Below are positions 33,465 to 53,822 of a stretch of 54,551 nt of DNA, in pieces. The DNA is from Macrostomum lignano (lineage: Eukaryota): contig NIVC01004215.1 of assembly GCA_002269645.1 (NCBI GenBank), positions 1 through 54,551 of the forward strand, written 5' to 3'. The position numbers were made by a program, and so were the translations under genes. The notes beneath the pieces are model-generated. The model saw nothing but the letters and a program-made list of their open reading frames with translations. It made no database searches and was not told where the DNA came from. Numbering within the stretch: position 1 is the first letter of the stretch; each line of letters starts with the position of its first letter.

Positions 33465-36400
33465 ATGTCTCACTTATTCGACGCCAAGGCACCATTGTGG
33501 TTAAATAAGTCTGTTGATGATGTTGCAACGACCAAGGTAATATTTTCATTGAATTTATTGACGTTTGTTCTGCCTCAAACAGGCAGAGATATTTAGTTTC
33601 AAAATCCGTCTGTCGTCAGAAAAACAGTTCTTGCCGATCTTTGATTGGTATTTTTATAATTTAATGTTTCTTTGCGTACTTAATCTTTGTCATTACTTTT
33701 TTAATAAGGATGTATATATTTTAACTGTGACTTAACGCTAATGCCAACCGATAAGAAGCACATATTATATATAGTCATTGCTAAAGCAAGCTTGCAATTT
33801 ATACTTCTTTCTATGCTATTTCTTTAGGAATGGAACGGTTTTCTCGGAGAACTGCAAGACGCTATTCAGCAGCAGCTGGTTGAAAGTCACGTTCAACAGT
33901 TCACCGATCTGTCCGAGGCGGAAAAAATTCTATTTGAGGAGAAAGGACTCAGAATGCTTTCTGGAGGTGAGTTCTTAGAGATAATGATACTATTGAGTAT
34001 TGGCACGGTTTTGAAGGTTCGATAAATAAATTTAATCATTTTTAGGCGAAACTCATCAACAGCTATTTCACGCGCTGTCCAGAGCTACAGAAACGAATCT
34101 GAATGATCAGGTTAGCAAAGAATTCGAACTAAACAGTCCCTATCAGACACGATCAGAGGCTATCCATGCCGGCGTTGTGGAAGGCATTGTGTCCCTGTTG
34201 TACAAGTGGCCGGATCTCAAAAGTCAGTTCGTTCGCTTTCTCAACCAGTCGCTACCGCTAGGCTTGAGGCTGCACGTGTGGAGAGTGTACTTCAACAACG
34301 AGTATGGTGAGTCAAATTTATATGATTATAGATTACTTTCGCTTTTTCCCGCTTCCAGAAGATTCAACTATCAATTCAATCAATTCAACCAACTTATAGA
34401 TTAGACTCCAGTAAAATGAATTTGGAAGAATTTGGGTTTTATACGCTCGTAAACAAACTTTCTTAGAACGCGAGTGTTATGTCCTGATGCAACGGTAAAT
34501 TCTAGTGGTCTTGTTGCAGTTAAGCTGACTGAATTTTGGTTAGTACGCAGTGGAATAGGGCTGCTTGCATCACCTCCACAGGAAGTCGCCGTGAGTGAAT
34601 AGGCTTGGCAGACAGTTAGCATCCCAATATTGTTTTCTTTCCTTCCACAGTTCTGCAGCAGTACCATCGGATACTGCACTCAAATCCTCAGCAAGCAATT
34701 TCCATCGACGACTACGGAATTAGCGAGCGGTGCAAGCAGATCCTATCCAAGGAGCCCAGCCTGAAGGATATGCACGGATCAACTGGTGCTTGGTACGCCA
34801 TGAAAGCTGTGTTATCCTACTATCATGCGATGAAAAGCTCGCAGCAGCGTCTCACTGACTCCGAGATCTTGTTGATTGCACCGTTTCTGCAGGTTATTCA
34901 GCACCGGATTGCCAGGTTAGCTTGGGTGTTTACAAGTACTTTATGAACGTTTCAGTTTTTATCCAAGCTGAGATTTCTGTACTTTAGTGTCTGGGCGTTT
35001 CGCTGTCAGTTACTCCCTGATTTCGATGCCATTTCTCGATGTCTTAACAGTCAGTCACTCCCTGATTTCGATGCCATTTCTCGATGTCTTTACAGTCAGT
35101 CACTCCCTGATTTCGATGCCATTTCTCGATGTCTTAACAGTCAGTCACTCCCTGATTTCGATGCCATTTCTCGATGTCTTAACAGTCAGTCACTCCCTGA
35201 TTTCGATGCCATTTCTCGATGTCTTTACAGTCAGTCACTCCCTGATTTCGATGCCATTTCTCGATGTCTTAACAGTCAGTCACTCCCTGATATCGATGCC
35301 ATTTCTCGATGTCTTAACAGTCAGTCACTCCCTGATTTCGATGCCATTTCTCGATGTCTTTACAGTCAGTCACTCCCTGATTTCGATGCCATTTCTCGAT
35401 GTCTTTACAGTCAGTCACTCCCTGATTTCGATGCCATTTCTCGATGTCTTAACAGTCAGTCACTCCCTGATATCGATGCCATTTCTCGATGTCTTAACAG
35501 TCAGTCACTCCCTAGTATCGATGCCATTTCTCGATGTCTTAACAGTCAGTCACTCCCTAGTATCGATGCCATTTCACGATGTCTTAACAGTCAGTCACTC
35601 CCTGATTTCGATGCCATTTCTCGATGTCTTTACAGTCAGTCACTCCCTGATTTCGATGCCATTTCTCGATGTCTTTACAGTCAGTCACTCCCTGATTTCG
35701 ATGCCATTTCTCGATGTCTTTACAGTCAGTCACTCCCTGATTTCGATGCTATTTCTCGATGTCTTTACAGTCAGTCACTCCCTGATTTCGATGCCATTTC
35801 TCGATGTCTTAACAGTCAGTCACTCCCTGATTTCGATGCTATTTCTCGATGTCTTTACAGTCAGTCACTCCCTGATTTCGATGCCATTTCTCGATGTCTT
35901 AACAGTCAGTCACTCCCTGATTTCGATGCTATTTCTCGATGTCTTTACAGTCAGTCACTCCCTGATTTCGATGCCATTTCTCGATGTCTTTACAGTCAGT
36001 CACTCCCTGATTTCGATGCCATTTCTCGATGTCTTTACAGTCAGTCACTCCCTGATATCGATGCCATTTCTCGATGTCTTTACAGTCAGTCACTCCCTGA
36101 TATCGATGCCATTTCTCGATGTCTTTACAGTCAGTCACTCCCTGATTTCGATGCCATTTCTCGATGTCTTTACAGTCAGTCACTCCCTGATTTCGATGCC
36201 ATTTCTCGATGTTTTTACAGTCAGTCACTCCCTGATATCGATGCCATTTCTCGATGTCTTTACAGTCAGTCACTCCCTGATTTCGATGCCATTTCTCGAT
36301 GTCTTTACAGTCAGTCACTCCCTGATTTCGATGCCATTTTGCGATGTCCTTATTGTCAGTCAGTCACTCCCTGATTATAATGCCATCAGCCGTGTGTTTG

Positions 36401-39400
36401 CATATTCTAACGTCGCATCTACTCCCGGTGCCTTATCATTTTCCAGACATGAACCGCCGCCAACAGCTGTAGTAGAAGTTCTGGTGCAAGAGTACTTCAC
36501 CTTCATGAGCGGCCGGCCCAAATTCATGGTGGACACCGGGCACGAGGAGAACGAATCCGCACTTAAGCACTTCACTGCTCGAGTGATTGCGTTGGCCCGT
36601 CAGGCTGATGCTGAAATTATCAACGTGTTTGCCGCTGCCCTGGCGCCGGGTCGGGAGCATGGAGCCGACTTCTCCGATCAAGACGACGACATGTACCTAG
36701 CCGGTGCGATGATGCCGCTGATGAAGACCCTGCTGAAGCCGTTCTTTGTTGGTGAGTTGGGCGTTTAGATCTTTAATGCTGGATTGTAGGATTTGAGATG
36801 CTGGATTGTAGGATTTGAGATGATGGATTGTAGGATTTGAGATGCTGTTTTGCAGGATTTGAGATGCTGGATTGTATGCTGGATTGTAGGATTTGAGATG
36901 CTGCTGGATTGCAGAGAATAAGTTGTTGCTTTGTTTGAGTAGATTCTGTTCAAGTAGTAAGCTTCAATCGAAAGTAATTCATCATTTCATATTTCGCAGG
37001 CATCCTGGGCATGGACGCCCTGCTGTTCATCTGGGATCAGTACGTTGTGTCCTTGGACATGCCAGGGCTGCAGGAGGAATTTGTGGCCATCGCTGTTGCT
37101 TGCTACTTCATCTTGATGAAGGCGCCGCTGAAGGCTGGAGCTAATGTGAGCAACTTTAATTGCAGGACTTTGAAACACCCCTCTGCAGAATCTACCTTAA
37201 CAATTGGAGCGTTGTGTGGAATACCTTCTCAAAGATGCTTCATTATGGGTTACAGCACCTTCTTACATCCTTGCAACAACACTCCCTACAAGACTCCCAA
37301 CAAAACTCCCTGCAACATTTCCTACAACACTCCCTACAACAATCCCTACAACACTGCCTACAACACTCCCTACAACTATCCCTACAAAACCCCATAAAAG
37401 GCTGCGACACTAATCTTGTTCACCCACACCACTTCCTACAATGTGATATTCCCATCGCTTGTTTAAAACAAAAGCTATAAAATTTTACAAATTTTTGACA
37501 GCTGGCAGCCTTTGAAAAGGCTTTGAAAACCGAGGGTCTGAAGCTACTAGCTCGCGACTTCCAATACCTCATCAATCGGTTCTACTTTTCCGATCTATAC
37601 CGGTTGATCAACTTTGACAAGACTGCTCCAATTTTGGACCCGACTCAAAGTAAGCAGAGCTCTTAATTCTTTGTTATCAGACTTCTTAAATATAATTTGA
37701 TCTGTTACGTGGTAGATTCAAAATGTCGACCACCAAATAAGCTTTACCCACCTCACTCCGCCTAGCTTTTACCCACTTCACTCCGCCTAGCTTTTACCCA
37801 CCTCACTCCGCCTAGCTTTTACCCACCTCACTCCGCCTAGCTTTTACCCACTTCACTCCGCCTAGCTTTTACCCACCTCACTCCGCCTAGCTTCACGCAC
37901 CTCACTCCGCCTAGCTTTTACCCACCTCACTCCGCCTAGCTTCACCCACCTCACTCCGCCTAGCTTCACCCACCTCACTTCACCTAGCTTCACCCACCTC
38001 ACTCCGCCTAGCTTCACCCACCTCACTTCGCCTAGCTTCACCCACCTCACTCCGCCTAGCTTCACCCACCTCACTTCGCCTAGCTTCACCCACCTCACTC
38101 CGCCTAGCTTCACCCACCTCACTCCGCCTAGCTTCACCCACCTCACTCCGCCTAGCTTCACCCACCTCACTCCACCTGGATTTTACTCACCTCACTCCAC
38201 CTGGATTTTACTCACCTCACTTCACCTGGATTTTACTCACCTCACTTCACTTCCTCTTTCTCTGCCTGACAGATCCCAACACCGGTCGCGTGGACGGCGG
38301 AATTCAGCCAAATTGGCGCCAGTGGCTTGTCGAGGAGGGCCGCACCGATCGAGTCCGGTCGGACGAACGCGAACACCGCCGAGTCCAGCGCGAGGCCGAC
38401 AAGCAGCGAATCTTCGGTTTAGAAGACGAACTGCATCGAAGCGAAGTGAAACGCGAAGCGGCCGAGGAGGCGCTCAGAATCGAACGGGAACGTCAGGCGA
38501 AGGAGGACGCCGAAGAGCTAATCCGACTGCGCCGCGATCGAGAATACCTCGACGAGCAGGTGCGAGCGGAGAAGCTTCGCCGATTAGAAGATCAACAGCG
38601 TCACGAGGAGGAGATGCGACGCCTGCGAATGGAGCTGCGTCAAGGACAGGAAGGCGTCGCGGGGGACGCGTCGCAGCGACTTGGCACAGCTGGCTGGAAG
38701 CGGCCAGCAACCGGGGAATCGGCAGCTGGCGAGCTGTTCCTGTTCCCGCCGCCGCCTAGCAGAGCAACGCACTATTCACCGCTGCCGTGGTACAAGAAGG
38801 CGCAGAATGCGGTGCACGATCTGGAACCGGAGGCTCAGGCGTTGGAAATGATTGTCGGCATGGTTGAAGCCACGGCGCACGCCGCGAGAAAGGGTAAGGG
38901 AACTGAGGATGTGAAAGCAACTCCATTCATTAGCAGGCCGTCACTCATTCATTCATTCATCAACTGCTTACACACATTAATAAACTTCCCTGCATCAAGC
39001 ATCGTTTATCGACCAATCCTCCATATCATCAGCCACCTCCTCAGACAAGCATCAGCATTTATCAACCGCTTCTCACCAAGCATTATCATTGATCAACCGC
39101 TCCTCATCAAGCATCATCATTGATCAACCGCTCCTCACCCAGCATCAACCGTTCGTCATCAAGCATCATCATTGAACAACCGCTCCTCATCCAGCATCAA
39201 CCGCTACTCATCAAGCATCAATCGCTACTCATCAAGCATCAACCGCTCCTCATCAAGCATCAACCGCTCCTCATCAAGCATCAACCGCTCCTCATCAAGC
39301 ATCAACCGCTCCTCATCAAGCATCAACCGCTCCTCATCAAGCATCAACCGCTCCTCATCAAGCATCAACCGCTCCTCATCAAGCATCAACCGCTCCTCAT

Positions 39401-40140
39401 CAAGCATCAACCGCTCCTCATCAAGCATCAACCGTTCGCCATCAAGCATCATCATTGATTAACCGCTCCTCATCAAGCATCAACCGCTTCTCATCAAGCA
39501 TCAACCGCTCCTCATCAAGCATCAACCGCTCCTCATCAAGCATCAACCGCTCCTCATCAAGCATCAACCGCTCCTCATCAAGCATCAACCGCTCCTCATC
39601 AAGCATCAACCGCTCCTCATCAAACATCAACCGCTCCTCATCAAGCATCAACCGCTCCTCATCAAGCATTATCATTGATCAACCGCTTCTCATCAAGCAT
39701 CATCATTCATCAACCAGTCCTCATACTCGTAGAGCATCCATTATCAGTCATCAAGCGCTCCTCAATAAAAATTATTCATCAAACCTTATTAATCCACCAG
39801 CATTGATCCATCACCATTCCTCAACAACGTCCTCGATTATCCATTTTATGTACCCATAGTCTAAAATGACAAAAATGTTCCGGCTTTTTTTTCAGCTTGC
39901 CACGGCTCCGGCGCGCACACCGACGTCTTGAACGACGTAACTCGACTTGGCATTGTGCAGCACACGGACGACATGCGCGACGCCGAACGGCAAGTATTCG
40001 GCAGGGTGCTACGCGAAGGAGAACTGGACGAGATGGAAGAATCCGACAAACGAGTGTTCACTGACAAGATGATGCAGATCATTATTCGCAAAGTGAACGC
40101 TAGGCGTCAGAGAGATTTGGACAATGAAAAGAAGTATTAG
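33465..40140 (+). CDS. Uncharacterised ~733-aa protein with TBC/RabGAP-like motifs and a C-terminal coiled coil; exons 33465-33536, 33828-33966, 34046-34306, 34651-34915, 36447-36751, 37000-37145, 37502-37649, 38273-38893, 39896-40140
   Basis: Nine GT-AG exons with consistent phases give a 2202-nt ORF. LP.GLR..VW, LL..PFL and LLFIWDQY resemble TBC-fold motifs; exon 8 is E/R-rich. The gene model is solid; the family call is tentative. Confidence 0.75.
35000..36375. repeat. 45-bp minisatellite (GTCAGTCACTCCCTGATTTCGATGCCATTTCTCGATGTCTTTACA)n in intron 4
   Basis: About 30 units; causes the 593-aa artefact ORF. Confidence 0.95.
36775..36905. repeat. 22-bp short array (GATGCTGGATTGTAGGATTTGA)n in intron 5
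   Basis: About 5 units right after the donor. Confidence 0.85.
37255..37385. repeat. 12-bp array (ACAACACTCCCT)n in intron 6
   Basis: About 9 degenerate units. Confidence 0.8.
37745..38255. repeat. 24-25-bp minisatellite (CACCTCACTCCGCCTAGCTT(T/C)ACC)n in intron 7
   Basis: About 20 units with a gradient from 25-bp to 24-bp to diverged units. Confidence 0.95.
38990..39710. repeat. 21-bp minisatellite (ATCAACCGCTCCTCATCAAGC)n in intron 8
   Basis: Two homogeneous blocks with degenerate flanks. Confidence 0.95.
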
Positions 40141-40777
40141 ATAAAGTGATTAATCAATATGAGTGGATGAATATTCATGCTTCCACGAAAGCTTGACAAT
40201 AAATTAGCAAACCCTGTTAATCTCTTCTGTGTGAACGCACGAGTAGACGTGTAGGATACAGCCACTATAGTATCTATTGCATCTTCCCTGTCTGTTTTGC
40301 ATGCAAACATCGGAAATTTCTATGTAATTAGATTTACGAATTTATTTGTTTAAGTATATCAAATCTATGTAATAAAACTGCAAACAATCTACAGTCTACT
40401 CAAGAGCGTCAATTTATCCTACCGTTACTTTACCAAATTTGGCGACAATCGCTGTCATATTAATACAGTTTCCTATCAATCACATCAATCAACTTAATTC
40501 ATTTGAACAATTCATATAGATTTTTACAAGTGCTGCCAAGTAATTATCATTATTGATCCTTGCAATTCAGCCCCGGCATGCAGTACCGGATGCGAAATAC
40601 GTTTTGTTTGAACATAATGCGAACACTGGCACCATTACTTTGATTGGTTTGAGTCAGTATTGAAACGTCACATCTAGATTTAGCGCAGAGTTTCGTGTAG
40701 GTATAAATGCATTTGGAGACGAACTACAAACCGCCAGAGTAAGTTAGAAATCTGGATAAAAATTACACCTTTTTAAT

Positions 40778-48768
<7,991 letters not shown>

Positions 48769-49059
48769 CAAACTGCAGTCTCCGGGAATGGAACGAAGCC
48801 GTTTATAGCGAACATGACTTGGGCACTACTTGTCACTTAATCTAAACTAAAATTTATTCATTATTTGTCTAAATAAACAAAATCTTACAATGTATCCCAT
48901 GGGTGCGCCGATGCAGTGCTAAACTGCTGTCTGCAAATCAGGGAAAAATTCGGGTCCAGAGGTAGATGCCCAGAGATGAGTAAGTATAATTTCACATAGG
49001 CCAGGATCGGCAAGATTTTCTACCTGAAAGATCAGGTAAAGAATTCAGCTCACGGCTGC

Positions 49060-49398
49060 GGTCCAGATGAGAAAGGAACGGCGAGCGAAAAGAATATGAC
49101 AGATAAGAGAAGAGAAGAGGTGAGAGAACAGAGGGAAAAGCAGGAGGAGAGGAATGAAGACAAGAGAGAGAAGAGAGGGAGAGGAGAGAGGGGAGAGAAG
49201 AGGAGAGATTGAAGAGAGGGAAGAGCGATGAGAATGATAAGGGGATAGAGTAGAGAGAAAGAGAGCTTAGAAGCGACACAGACCTTGCTATGATGAAGTT
49301 TCCGGTCTTACTATGGCCGGATTGCTTTGGTGGAAGTTTCACAGTACCCAAGTTCCGGATAGAGATAGGCTTTGCGGCCCGCAAATGGCCGACCCCTG
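49060..49398 (-). mobile_element. GA-tract element with hAT/Charlie-like end
   Basis: Minus-strand end CAGGGGTCGGCCATTTGCGGGCCGC; related to 29180-29423. Confidence 0.5.
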
Positions 49399-50942
49399 AC
49401 TTAAGCCGAAGCTCTTAATGCTGCCTACTTTGATCAAAGCGTTTACATTGACCAAGCCAATAGTTGCTGTTTAAAAAATAATAACTCACTGACAGATAAT
49501 GCGTATTAACAAGACAACGCTGTCGTATTATCGTGTCCTGTAGACTTTATAGACGTCATGTACATGTCACTGAATACTCAAGGAATTACATGTACTCTCT
49601 GCGTGTCAATGGACTAAGGGCTTTCAACTACATGTACGATTTGAAAGAACTACTTGCTTTGACTGAGCTCCGGTGGTGCCGCCGTAGAATAAGGAGGTGG
49701 ATTGTCGCTCGCCCGGTAGCCCTTAGGTAGCGGACGAGCTGGCAGAGATTCTCGAGCCTGAAAACGTCGGAGAGGTCCGGGTTTGGGCCGAGCTAGGTGA
49801 GCCTGTCCTGAGTAAAAGCGGGGCATTCACAGATGAAGTGCTCCGCGTTCTCGACACCGGAGAGGCAGAAGGGGCATTCCTCACTGCGGATTTTTCCCTG
49901 GAGGTGGCGATGCCTGGCAAAACAGCCATGACGCGAGAGTGCCATGTTCACCGCCCTGATGTCCCTGCGGTTGAGTCCAAGCAGGGCCCTTTGAAAGAAA
50001 TAAGTGATATGTAAAATTGTAACATGTGTCCAAAAGTTACGGTTAAGGTTTGATGCATGTACTTTTAGCCATAGAATTCTGTATTGATAAGAGCACCGAC
50101 ACAGTATTCCATTGACCTCGGGTTCATCGAATGCGTCGACACGTCGGTCACCTTCCCGGCTGAGTTGTATTTTAGAAAAAATAGGCTTTATACTCTCGAA
50201 AATCAGTAGCCTACTCTAAGTAGTCAAAGTCAGATTTCTAACTCAAGGCTTTCAGCTGCTGGTATTGAATAAGCGGGACCGGTACACTAGATCGATTCGA
50301 CATCGATGGAAACTGGGAGCCATGCAGGAGCACTATAATTAGATGAATGGGTTGCCTGTCATTCTGAGTGTTGTAACAATACATTAACGAGTAGCAAGTT
50401 ACTAATTAATAAAACCAAACCAGTTCTTCATGACAATTTTGGGTCTTTTGTTGTATTGTATTGAATGGAATTTTTCACCATTCAAACTGGTACTGCAACT
50501 AGAACGATAATTTAATTAGCAAGTCGTTTGTCCATAGCTACCATAACTATGAAATCTCGAGTGCATCTATAGAATCGTAACAAATGAGTAAATAGAGAAG
50601 CGCCCAGTCAGCTGGCTGGCGACCAAAACTAACTGATTCCTCACTTAATTAGAAGACAACTAATCTCTGGGTAGAGCTGAGGTCAAACTAGTATTATAGC
50701 TATGTAGAGTTTTAGCGACCATTCAATATTAGAGGATGCTGTTATATCTACTTCAGTAAATTTGCTGCTTAACTAAATTAACCCCAAATTTGGTGCTTAT
50801 AAGTCTAGTTGCTATGGTAACGTTGCATTTTGGCTAACACAACAATAGACAGTTTGATGAGGGTATTATAAACCGCCCCCCGATCCCGCTTACTCGGCTA
50901 CAGAACCGCTTTGACTATTGCTCGAATTTTCTCCCTAATACA

Positions 50943-53799
50943 ATGACAACTGAAAAGAAAACTCCAACGGATGAGGAGCACAAGGAACCCGATGCCAAGA
51001 CTGGCAACTCGTTCCTCGAATTGGCCTCTAGCTGGGGCTCCAACATCGGCATGCACGGCATACCGAATATCACTAGGAGCAGTAGTGTTGCAAAGAAGTT
51101 TCTATGGACGCTATTGCTTCTAGCTGGGTTGTGTAAGTATTTTTTGGATTATTACCTTGATCTCCGTCCGCTCTTTGATCTTCCGCTCTTTGGTCTCCTT
51201 CTGTTCTTTGGTCTCCTTTCGCTCTTTGGTCTCCTTCCGTTCTTTGACGGAGCGCACTACGGAGTTTGTGCTCCTTATGTGCTCCCTACACGCCGCTCCC
51301 AGCTGAAGAGGACTTCTGCACCAGCCCAGTCACCACGGAGGACTTTGTGCTGTTTGCTCGGAAAACATCAGGCGGCAAGGCGCTCGGCCCCGACGAAATT
51401 CCGGTCGAAGCGCTGCGGCTCGATCGCTGTGTGGCCTCCCAGGTCACAGGTCATGAACCGCGTGCTCACCGGCGCCCCTGCGCCCACCGACTGGACCGTA
51501 GCGCACATCGTGCCGATCCCGAAGAAAGCAGGGACAACGCCGAAAGAAGACCACCGCGGGATCTCACTGTGTCCTGCGTCGCGAAGCTCTTCAACCGGAT
51601 GCTGCTCGATCGTCTGCAGTAGGTGCTGGACCCGTACCTGTGGTACGAGCAGAACGGATTCCGGCCGCAACGCGGCCCAGATCCTCGCACTCCGCCGTTT
51701 CATCGAGCGCATCCGCCAGTCTACGCTGATCATTGTCTTCGTTGAATTTCTAAGGGGGTTTGACTCGGTGTTGAAAGCCGCGCTTCCCTTTGTCCTTCGA
51801 GCCTACCGGGTACCCAAGCAGCTAATCGACGCTGTCATGGCGCTGTATTGCGATACTCGAGCTGCTGTGGTGAGGGCGGACGGCCTGTCTGACCCGCTGG
51901 AGCCGCAGCTGGACTCAGCCCACCCAGGGCTGCTCAATGCAGCCTTTCGAGCTGACGAGAGCGTCGGGACCGAGGCCCTGTACGATCGGGCCAAGCTGCA
52001 GTACCCGTCCATCATCCTGCGCCGGCGGTGACTTCAACTGGCGGGCCACGTGATCCGGGCCGAGGGCTACTGCCCCAACCTGTTCAGGACGTTCTGCTGC
52101 TCAGCTTTCAGGGCCCGTTCAGGCGGGGTCAGGCCCAAACCCGTCGATACGTGGACTGCCTCCTAGGCGACGCCGGGGCGCCCGACACCGCCAACGGGGT
52201 GGACTTCGTCCGCTCTCAGGCTCTGCGGCGCGCCATCTGACGCACCCTGCTCTAACTGTGACCTTGCATGCGGGGCTGCGTACTTTGTTGTTGTTGTTGT
52301 TCGTCTTTGGTTTCCTTCCGTTCTGTTATCTTCTTCCGCTCTTTGATTTTCTTCCGCTATTTGATTTTCTTCCGCTCTTTGATCTTCTTCCGCTCTTTGA
52401 TCTTCTTCCGCTCTTTGATCTTCTTCCGCTCTTTGATCTTCTTCCGCTCTTTGATCTTCTTCCGCTCTTTGATCTTCTTCCGCTCTTTAATCTTCTTCAG
52501 CTTTTTTATCTTCTTCAGCGCTTTGATTTTCTTCCATTCGTTAATCTTCTGTTCTTTACTCTTCTTTCGTTGTCTTCCTCTCTGTTTATCTCCCCCCCTT
52601 TGACCTTATTCCACTGTCTTCCACGGTCGAAGAGCTGCGTTACTAGTACTCACAGATCTCTCGCCCAACATGCCGCACCATTACACAGGCCTGACAGTGG
52701 TGCAAATCAAGTCCATAGTGGACAAATACTACAGCTACCCCATCGCAGTGGCTCGGGGCGCGGAGATCAACTTGCCCAGAGAGTTCCCGGCCGTAACAGT
52801 CTGCAACCAGAGCCCGGCTAGAAAAAGCAAAGTGCAATCGGCTACTAGTGAGCTTTTTGTGTTTTTTTTTCAACTGAGCATCAAGGACTACTATAAGTTA
52901 CAGTTAAAACGATGGCTTAGGGCTTCCAGTATGAATCTGACATTTGTTCGACTGTTGGTCGTACCAACAAGTTTTTTTTAATTCATTCTTTTTACTTCAA
53001 CTTCAGGAAACGGAAAAAAAGTGACAGTGCTCTGTGTCTTACCAGAACGGGGTTGTAGCCTAGTGAACCCCCGACTGAAAGGTCGGGGGTTCGATTCCAG
53101 ATCCCACTGGAACAATTTGCGTCCTTGGGCAAGACACTTAACTCTGCATTGCTTCAGTTCACCCAGCTGTAAAATGGGTGCCAGCATTAGCTGGGGTAAT
53201 TGAGGGTGTGTGTGGCGACCCCCCCCCCTCAGTCCTTGGACTGAACAGCCGTACGCAGCCTTCAGGTGCGCCACGCAATAGCTGCAGCTGAGCTGTCGGT
53301 TTTAGAAAAAATCTGTCGTAGCTCGTACATTCAAGAGATAGAAAGTAATTAAGTGCTTGGAAATGCAGGTCTTCTATCGCGTCTAGTGCCATGATGCAAC
53401 GGTAACTCCCAGTAGTCCTTTGTGCGCATCATCCAGCATTACCAATCATATAAGCGAATTTGTCACCGCATACACCAACAACAGGCACGAGCACGAGTAC
53501 GACTGAAACTTCGAATGCTACGCGAATTCCACTTCGACTACAACGATGAGTCCGCGGGTTATAGCAATGTCACTTCAAGTACTCCCACATCGACAATGAA
53601 TTCCAGTACGATTATTGCTGCGAATTCGACACCTGCACGTGAGTCGCAGAAATGTTTTGTTTGAGTAATAAACTCAATCGTGAATAGCAGTTTTTATTCA
53701 CCTGAAGATGGCTATTTTTTATCAAAGAAAAACATTATTTTAGCTTCCAAGCGAAAAAAACGTAGCGCTGGTTCTGGTTACAAAGATGAGGAGGATTCT
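50943..53799 (+). CDS. DEG/ENaC subunit 2, 3'-partial; exons 50943-51132, 52689-52847, 53485-53638 (apparent two 1-nt deletions), 53744-53799
   Basis: GMHGIPNI, TM1, YYSYP, FPAVTVCNQSP; intron positions and phases match subunit 1. The third exon is Ser/Thr-rich and not in a single frame as written. Confidence 0.8.
51245..52245 (+). mobile_element. Internally deleted RTE-like non-LTR retrotransposon fragment in intron 1
   Basis: IVPIPKK, HRGISL, AKLFNRMLLDRLQ, EQNGFR, QILALRR, VFVEF..GFDSV, LRAYRVP, AGHVIR; frameshifted. Confidence 0.85.
52300..52545. repeat. 18-bp minisatellite (CTCTTTGATCTTCTTCCG)n, continued at 51165-51245 on the other side of the LINE
   Basis: The same unit occurs on both sides of the RTE fragment. 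Confidence 0.9.
53049..53290 (+). mobile_element. CORE-like SINE (same family as 41915)
   Basis: GGTTCGATTCC, GTCCTTGGGCAAGACACTTAACTCTGCATTGCTTCAGTTCACCCAGCTGTAAAATGGG. Confidence 0.8.
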
Positions 53800-53822
53800 G
53801 TGAGTTATTGCCTGCTGCTTAA

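Noticed and set aside
34987-36768. 593-aa ORF
   Set aside because: A 45-bp array that happens to be in frame with true exon 5 (36447-36751), which has its own acceptor.
50943-52031. 362-aa ORF as one protein
   Set aside because: Channel exon 1 reading through its donor into a repeat and LINE-derived sequence.
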